Part shown: positions 59,128 to 64,000 of the stretch, piece after piece
Numbering within the stretch: the first letter of the stretch is position 1
How the letters are laid out: each line of letters opens with the position of its first letter
Virus record (IMG/VR): IMGVR_UViG_2974502414_000001
Source: a virus
Taxonomy: Duplodnaviria; Heunggongvirae; Uroviricota; Caudoviricetes; Herelleviridae
Strand: one strand, 5' to 3'
DNA length: 64,000 nt
The notes under the pieces: model-generated
What the model was told of the DNA's origin: nothing
The model's input: the letters and a program-made list of their open reading frames with translations, nothing else
Database searches by the model: none
Position numbers and translations under genes: made by a program

Positions 59128-59169
59128 GTCAAGTTAATTCTTGACTCTCTTTTTGTTTTATGGTATATT
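59126..59169 (+). promoter_or_regulatory. Composite terminator/promoter GAGTCAAG-N6-CTTGACTC with TTGACT-N17-TATATT
   Basis: Second copy of the 53132 cassette. Confidence 0.78.
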
Positions 59170-59194
59170 AATATATAGAAAGGAGAGATTAACT

Positions 59195-59437
59195 ATGGAA
59201 ATGGCAGATTTAGAAAGATTTGATGCATTTGTAAGACTAATTTCAGATGATGAGCTTTCGGAGGAAAGAATACTGGAGTTAAGCGTAGACTTACTAAACC
59301 CGATACTAGAAGGAGGTACAGCTTACAAGGCTAAAAAACGTATTAAGAGTAAATTTGGTAAGTTAGAAGCAAAAAATTTTAAACGAAACTATAAATTCTT
59401 ACTTAAGTCGATAGCTCAAATAGACCAAAGGAGATAG
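59195..59437 (+). CDS. Hypothetical helical protein (80 aa)
   Basis: RBS AAGGAGAG favours ATG 59195. Confidence 0.75.
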   Translation: MEMADLERFDAFVRLISDDELSEERILELSVDLLNPILEGGTAYKAKKRIKSKFGKLEAKNFKRNYKFLLKSIAQIDQRR

Positions 59438-59441
59438 GACA

Positions 59442-59772
59442 ATGACAGAAAGGGAAAAATTAATTAAAGATATTGAAGAGGCTAATAGAGACATACAGTT
59501 ACAGTTAAAAGAAGTAGATAATTATAAGGACAGCATACGTTCTAAAGGAACAAGAAATTATATTTCTACAAAGGTATTAGATTCTATTATGGTTGGTTTC
59601 ATATGATGAAGTAGATATTGTATCAAAACATAACTTAAGACAAATAACTTTTAGTGAGATTAATATACTTCATCTTAAATATATGAGATATAATAAGGCA
59701 GTAGAACAACATACTAAATTATCTAAAGAACTTTTTAAAAAAGATAAAGAAACTGTTGACAAGAACAAATAA
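59442..59772 (+). pseudogene. Probable internally deleted/frameshifted gene: 54-aa ORF (59442-59606) plus startless 55-codon frame (59605-59772)
   Basis: ORF ends abruptly at the start of a hydrophobic segment (IMVGFI*); shifted frame DEVDIVSKHNL...ETVDKNK* is open with no RBS-linked start. Confidence 0.6.
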
Positions 59773-59784
59773 GTGTAGTATAGT
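59756..59784 (+). promoter_or_regulatory. sigmaA-type promoter TTGACA-N17-TATAGT
   Basis: Consensus. Confidence 0.8.
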
Positions 59785-59807
59785 ATTACTAAAGGAGGAG
59801 AGATATT

Positions 59808-59984
59808 ATGGTTATACCTAGTATTAAAGCACAAAACAAATTCAAGAATGAGTTAGAGTATTATAAACAAGGTCACATTAGTGAAAGTAAAATGTTAGAA
59901 TTAGCTTTTGATTACATCCAAGAATTAGAACAAAATAACGAATACGTTACTAACTTGCTAGAAGAGGAGAGATATGGTGAGTAA
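59808..59984 (+). CDS. 58-aa protein, probable host DNA sliding-clamp inhibitor (G1 ORF240 type); missed by ORF track
   Basis: RBS AAGGAGGAG, own sigmaA promoter; function from recollection of the 58-aa Kayvirus clamp inhibitor, not verified. Confidence 0.55.
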   Translation: MVIPSIKAQNKFKNELEYYKQGHISESKMLELAFDYIQELEQNNEYVTNLLEEERYGE

Positions 59985-60507
59985 ATTTATCGGAGTGTAC
60001 TTATTTAATTTACTAATAGCTATTATTTTAACTTTAACCTTAATAGGTACTATTACTGACTCAATTGAGAGTACTTTAGCCCAAATAATCGTAGGGATGT
60101 TCATAATCATTACTATATATGGAATCCTATCAGCGTTAATACCTATTCTAGTTCATAAAGCTGTATCACCGGGATGGAGCTATACTGAATGGAATGAATC
60201 CTATTACATCAGATTACCTGGAGAAGAGAACTACAAGTACTATAGTAAATGGTATTTAGATTTATTAGGAGTTAAAGAATTTTACTATAAGAGAGACAAT
60301 GGAGAAGAAGTAAAAGAAAAAAATATATCATGGGCTTTTCAAGCTGAAGTAAAAAGACCTGAAGATGTTAACCACTGGAAAAACCAATTGCTTACTAATA
60401 GACCTTTAACAATTTTAGAATATAAAAAATTAAAGAAATTAGATAAGGAAAGTGAAATTAGGAAACAAGAAGATTTAGAAGAATATAAACAATACAATAG
60501 TAATTAA
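59974..60507 (+). CDS. Membrane protein (177 aa, 2 N-terminal TMs)
   Basis: Two hydrophobic stretches; RBS GAGGAG. Confidence 0.75.
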   Translation: MVSKFIGVYLFNLLIAIILTLTLIGTITDSIESTLAQIIVGMFIIITIYGILSALIPILVHKAVSPGWSYTEWNESYYIRLPGEENYKYYSKWYLDLLGVKEFYYKRDNGEEVKEKNISWAFQAEVKRPEDVNHWKNQLLTNRPLTILEYKKLKKLDKESEIRKQEDLEEYKQYNSN

Positions 60508-60521
60508 AGAGGTGGAAAGCA

Positions 60522-60770
60522 ATGATAAGCTCATTTGATAGTATACTACTTGTCATATACATTATTATAGCTTTTGCAGTAGCTATGGCAATTATCTACT
60601 TAGTATTTAAAGGTATGACTATTCTACTAGATAAGCTAATGATGTTATTATTAAGTAAAACTACATTAGATGTAGAAGCTTGCTCTATGATAATGGCAGT
60701 CATCAGTACAATTGTGTTTGGAATTATTGTACTTTTAATATGGCTAGCAGTAAATAATATTTTACTATAA
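60522..60770 (+). CDS. Membrane protein (82 aa, 2 TMs)
   Basis: Hydrophobicity; RBS GAGGTGG. Confidence 0.72.
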   Translation: MISSFDSILLVIYIIIAFAVAMAIIYLVFKGMTILLDKLMMLLLSKTTLDVEACSMIMAVISTIVFGIIVLLIWLAVNNILL

Positions 60771-60781
60771 GGAGATTTACT

Positions 60782-60958
60782 ATGGATTTTAATGACTTTA
60801 TAAACAGTGAATCGGATAGGGTAGGTAAGCCTAAACAAAAGAAGAAGGTAGAGAATAAGCTACCTTCTTCTACTCCTATTGAAGAGAAAGAAAAAATGTT
60901 GAAAAGAATAAGGGAAAAATCATTATACATTGATTTAAGGAGAAAAAGAAATGACTAA
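60782..60958 (+). CDS. Basic hypothetical protein (58 aa, MDFNDFINSESD...), missed by ORF track
   Basis: RBS AAGGAG; stop overlaps next start. Confidence 0.72.
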   Translation: MDFNDFINSESDRVGKPKQKKKVENKLPSSTPIEEKEKMLKRIREKSLYIDLRRKRND

Positions 60959-61247
60959 AGAAACAAATGTACTTTACAAAGATAAGTATAGAGATTATAC
61001 TATAGTTGTAAGACTAGCAGGGAATATTATTGTTACTGAAGTAGATAAGAAACATAAAACAGCATTTACACCTATTATATTTGACAATGGTGTAGAAGGC
61101 GTAGAGCTTGTAATGCGTATAGGTTCTGTAGAGCTTAACATGACAGATTTACGTGAGTTCACAAAAGAAGTATCTACGGCTCAGAAAGCTTTAGAATATT
61201 TTAATAAAAAACTTTACATTAAAGGCTTGACAGATGAAGCATTTTAA
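60951..61247 (+). CDS. Hypothetical protein (98 aa)
   Basis: RBS AAGGAG. Confidence 0.75.
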   Translation: MTKETNVLYKDKYRDYTIVVRLAGNIIVTEVDKKHKTAFTPIIFDNGVEGVELVMRIGSVELNMTDLREFTKEVSTAQKALEYFNKKLYIKGLTDEAF

Positions 61248-61255
61248 TATATACT
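61227..61255 (+). promoter_or_regulatory. sigmaA-type promoter TTGACA-N17-TATACT inside 3' end of the 98-aa gene
   Basis: Consensus. Confidence 0.75.
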
Positions 61256-61294
61256 AAAAGTATAAATAAAATAAAGAAAAGAGGAATGATTATT

Positions 61295-61477
61295 ATGTTA
61301 TTAGGAATTTTATGGTTTATATGGGGATTTGTATCATACTTTGTATTGATGTTTGGAATTGAGTTTTGGAAAGATAGATGGATGCCAGGTGTTATCGGAG
61401 CAGGAGCCTTACTACTATTCTTATTTTGGATTATGAAATCTATCCATAATGCTATGACAGTAGTATACTTGTATTAG
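61295..61477 (+). CDS. Small membrane protein (about 60 aa, 2 TMs)
   Basis: Hydrophobic; RBS GAGGA (alternative start 61286). Confidence 0.7.
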   Translation: MLLGILWFIWGFVSYFVLMFGIEFWKDRWMPGVIGAGALLLFLFWIMKSIHNAMTVVYLY

Positions 61478-61489
61478 GAGGTTGTATAG

Positions 61490-61858
61490 ATGGATATACT
61501 AATTATTCATTATAAAGAAACAAATAAACGGGTTTTAAAAGAAACAATACAAACAATACAAAATCATTTAAATGATGAACATGGTTTGGTTAAGATGACA
61601 GCAACAAAACTTAGCAGAGAGAATATAGAGAAAAGATTTAATAACTATAATATAGTCATTGCAGAAGATGACCCTGATAATTCTTATCATTACGGTGAAG
61701 CTGTAGAAGACGCAGATTTTATTATAGACATACCAATTTCATATTTAGATATACATGCAGGAATAGAATGGGATGTTGATAATCCTGTAGATATGCTAGA
61801 TAGGAATCCTGATTTTATAGAAGCTGTAAATAAACTAAATGAAGACTTAATGTTATAA
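61490..61858 (+). CDS. Hypothetical protein (122 aa)
   Basis: RBS AGGAGG. Confidence 0.75.
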   Translation: MDILIIHYKETNKRVLKETIQTIQNHLNDEHGLVKMTATKLSRENIEKRFNNYNIVIAEDDPDNSYHYGEAVEDADFIIDIPISYLDIHAGIEWDVDNPVDMLDRNPDFIEAVNKLNEDLML

Positions 61859-61871
61859 GGAGGAAAGTAGA

Positions 61872-62219
61872 ATGCTAAATGAAAAACTAAAAAACCTGGA
61901 AGATACAAAAGTATACATGATTAATAGTATTGCAAGTTTACTAAGCGCAAGTACAGGAAAATCAAGTAAAGTATTTTTTGATGAAGGGACTATTAAAATT
62001 GTAAGTGGTGAAACAAAAGCAGTAGAAGTCATTGATAACTTAGTTCACCCTCACTCAGGACGTTTACCTATTAAAACAACAGAACGTATTGCGCTAGGTA
62101 GATTAACAGATTCTTTACAGTTTGTTATTTCAGAAATAGAAGTAGTTAAAGACCAAATTATAGATGAAGAAAATGAAGCTTACATTGATTTTGTGATGGA
62201 AGACTGGAACTGGGATTAA
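61872..62219 (+). CDS. Hypothetical protein (115 aa)
   Basis: RBS AAGGAGG. Confidence 0.75.
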   Translation: MLNEKLKNLEDTKVYMINSIASLLSASTGKSSKVFFDEGTIKIVSGETKAVEVIDNLVHPHSGRLPIKTTERIALGRLTDSLQFVISEIEVVKDQIIDEENEAYIDFVMEDWNWD

Positions 62220-62497
62220 TGCCTATGGACTTATTAACTATTGCTTCTGTTGCTTTTATAGCTGTAGTCATTATTGATTTGATTAATGATGATATGAGCT
62301 ATATGCTTACTGGTACTGCAATCTTAATAAATATTTGGGCAGGATTTTATGGATGGTTTTTCTTACTGCAAGCAGGAATGTTACTTTTCTTACTATTAGC
62401 TAGGAAAGTTAAAGATGATAAGGAGTCAATACTATATTCCAGTGCTTCATTAATATGTGCACTAGGAATGATAATAAATCTTCTTTCATTTTCTTAA
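62219..62497 (+). CDS. Membrane protein (92 aa, about 3 TMs)
   Basis: Hydrophobicity; TAATG coupling. Confidence 0.7.
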   Translation: MPMDLLTIASVAFIAVVIIDLINDDMSYMLTGTAILINIWAGFYGWFFLLQAGMLLFLLLARKVKDDKESILYSSASLICALGMIINLLSFS

Positions 62498-62506
62498 AAA
62501 TAAGTA

Positions 62507-62535
62507 TTGACACCTTTGTACTTTTGTATTATACT
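62507..62535 (+). promoter_or_regulatory. sigmaA-type promoter TTGACA-N17-TATACT
   Basis: Consensus. Confidence 0.8.
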
Positions 62536-62566
62536 TAGTATATAACAAGTACAGGAGATGATTACT

Positions 62567-62872
62567 ATGAGTAAAGAAACAATTAGAAGACAATTTTCAA
62601 ATGCAATTGAGATTATGGCAACAACTAAAGAATGGTGGAACTTCCCTAAAAGTTTTGATACGAATAAAGAATTTAAAATTAAAACTTTTAAAAATGATAC
62701 ACTTGTATTTGAAGTCAGAGAAGGCAGTAGAAATTTAGGAAGCTTTGTAGTTTTTACAAACATTGATTTTGATTATGATAAACTAGAAGGAACTTCAACA
62801 CAATATATGATTAATTACTTTGCTAAGAAATTAACTAAAGATATGTTTAACTATCATAAATTACAATTATAG
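62567..62872 (+). CDS. Hypothetical protein (101 aa)
   Basis: RBS AGGAG with 9-nt spacing to ATG 62567. Confidence 0.72.
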   Translation: MSKETIRRQFSNAIEIMATTKEWWNFPKSFDTNKEFKIKTFKNDTLVFEVREGSRNLGSFVVFTNIDFDYDKLEGTSTQYMINYFAKKLTKDMFNYHKLQL

Positions 62873-62886
62873 TAGGAGGTGGAAAG

Positions 62887-63237
62887 ATGAGAGAAGAGTT
62901 AAAACCTTTTAATAGGAAACAAGTTAATGTTAAGGGTTACTTAGATGATGTTAAGTATTCAAAGCGTAGAAGACATAAAGGTAATCAACATGGGTGTGTT
63001 AAAATCACAGTTACTGATGTAAAGATTAATGGTATACCTATTGACCACGTTAACATTGAAGTTGGTATCTCTTTCTATGAAAAACTAAAGGAGCTTCAAG
63101 GAAAGAGAATTCAATTTGTAGGTACTGTTTATAAGTATGTTAAACATGCTAGGGGGCGCAAAGGTAGAATTAAAGGATTTTATAAAGAGGATTATAGCGT
63201 AACTTTAGATAAGAAGTTACAAAAGGAGGAAAAATAA
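62887..63237 (+). CDS. Basic OB-fold-like hypothetical protein (116 aa)
   Basis: RBS AGGAGGTGG; beta-rich, K/R-rich. Confidence 0.7.
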   Translation: MREELKPFNRKQVNVKGYLDDVKYSKRRRHKGNQHGCVKITVTDVKINGIPIDHVNIEVGISFYEKLKELQGKRIQFVGTVYKYVKHARGRKGRIKGFYKEDYSVTLDKKLQKEEK

Positions 63238-63839
63238 TGATTAAAAGAAGAAAACATTTAGACCACTCATTACAGCCTGAGAAAGGATGGAGAACAGTAC
63301 CTTTTAATGGGTATTATGAAGCGCATCCTACGGGTTTAATTAGAAATAAAGTAACGAAAAAGTTAATTAAAGGTACACAGACAAGAAAGAACCATCCTAA
63401 GTGGACTGCTCATGAGATTGTATACCTAATTAACCCTAAGAAAACAAGTTATTCTAGGGGAGTAGTTATTGCACATACATTCCCTGAAATGATTAGTCAA
63501 TCACGAGGAGACCTTAAGAACGGTCATGTGTGTTTTAAAGATGGTGACCGAAGTAATTGTCATGTAGACAATATGTTTATTGGTAAAGGTAATGTTAACA
63601 AAAATATCTATAAATTAAATGATTCTTATTTAACTAGAAAAGATATTGAAGAGGATGTTAATAATTTAGTTAATGAAAGATTATTCTCTCAATTAGAATT
63701 ATTGATTAAGAAAAATGAACCGGAAAGAATTACACCTAGTAATCACTTTATTAAAAGAGATAATAATGTGTTCAGTATCACAGATTTATCTAAAAACTCA
63801 CTAGTAGAGTTTGAGTTAGAAATCAAGAATATTAAGTAA
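63237..63839 (+). CDS. Degenerate NUMOD4-HNH-like protein (200 aa)
   Basis: GWRTVPFNGYYEAHPTGLIRN NUMOD4-like; VCFKDGDRSNCHVDNM HNH-like. Confidence 0.6.
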   Translation: MIKRRKHLDHSLQPEKGWRTVPFNGYYEAHPTGLIRNKVTKKLIKGTQTRKNHPKWTAHEIVYLINPKKTSYSRGVVIAHTFPEMISQSRGDLKNGHVCFKDGDRSNCHVDNMFIGKGNVNKNIYKLNDSYLTRKDIEEDVNNLVNERLFSQLELLIKKNEPERITPSNHFIKRDNNVFSITDLSKNSLVEFELEIKNIK

Positions 63840-63852
63840 GGTGGTTATATAA

Positions 63853-64000
63853 ATGAATGAGTGGTATGCTTTATGTTATTATAACAAAATAGGTAAAAAG
63901 AAAATACCTAGACAAATTAAAGCTCACAGGGATGTATCTGTATTAGAGGATTTAAAAGATAGATTAGAAGAACAAAATCCTAAAGAAGAATACAAGATTA
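63853..64000 (+). CDS. Small hypothetical protein, 3' truncated by window (MNEWYALCYYNKIG...)
   Basis: RBS AAGGTGG; open to window end. Confidence 0.7.
   Translation, partial: MNEWYALCYYNKIGKKKIPRQIKAHRDVSVLEDLKDRLEEQNPKEEYKI

Overview
The window is a 64-kb, entirely plus-strand segment of a lytic Staphylococcus myovirus genome of the phage K/G1 (Kayvirus, Herelleviridae) type. Identification rests on my recognition of gene order and protein sequences; no database search was run. In order it contains: (1) the end of the tape-measure gene and the tail-tip, baseplate and receptor-binding module (1-22 kb); (2) the replication, recombination and nucleotide-metabolism module (helicases, SbcCD, anti-sigma gp67-type protein, primase, resolvase, NrdIEF, thioredoxin, HU, a 1072-aa family A polymerase split by two group I introns that each encode a homing endonuclease, SSB, RecA, sigma factor; 22-48.5 kb); (3) three Ig/FN3-type virion accessory genes; (4) an accessory region of small, often membrane-associated genes behind many perfect sigmaA-type promoters (50-64 kb). 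No tRNA, rRNA, CRISPR array or IS element was found. Most interesting observations: an FN3 domain split twice across three adjacent genes, suggesting a strand-complemented, possibly self-extending Ig chain on the virion; a gene whose reading frame extends 43-49 codons upstream of its ATG to an ATC or a readthrough UGA behind an RBS-occluding hairpin; promoters built inside terminator hairpins; a structured AT-rich non-coding region ahead of a late HTH gene; a 20-aa membrane miniprotein; and several apparently catalytically dead enzyme folds.
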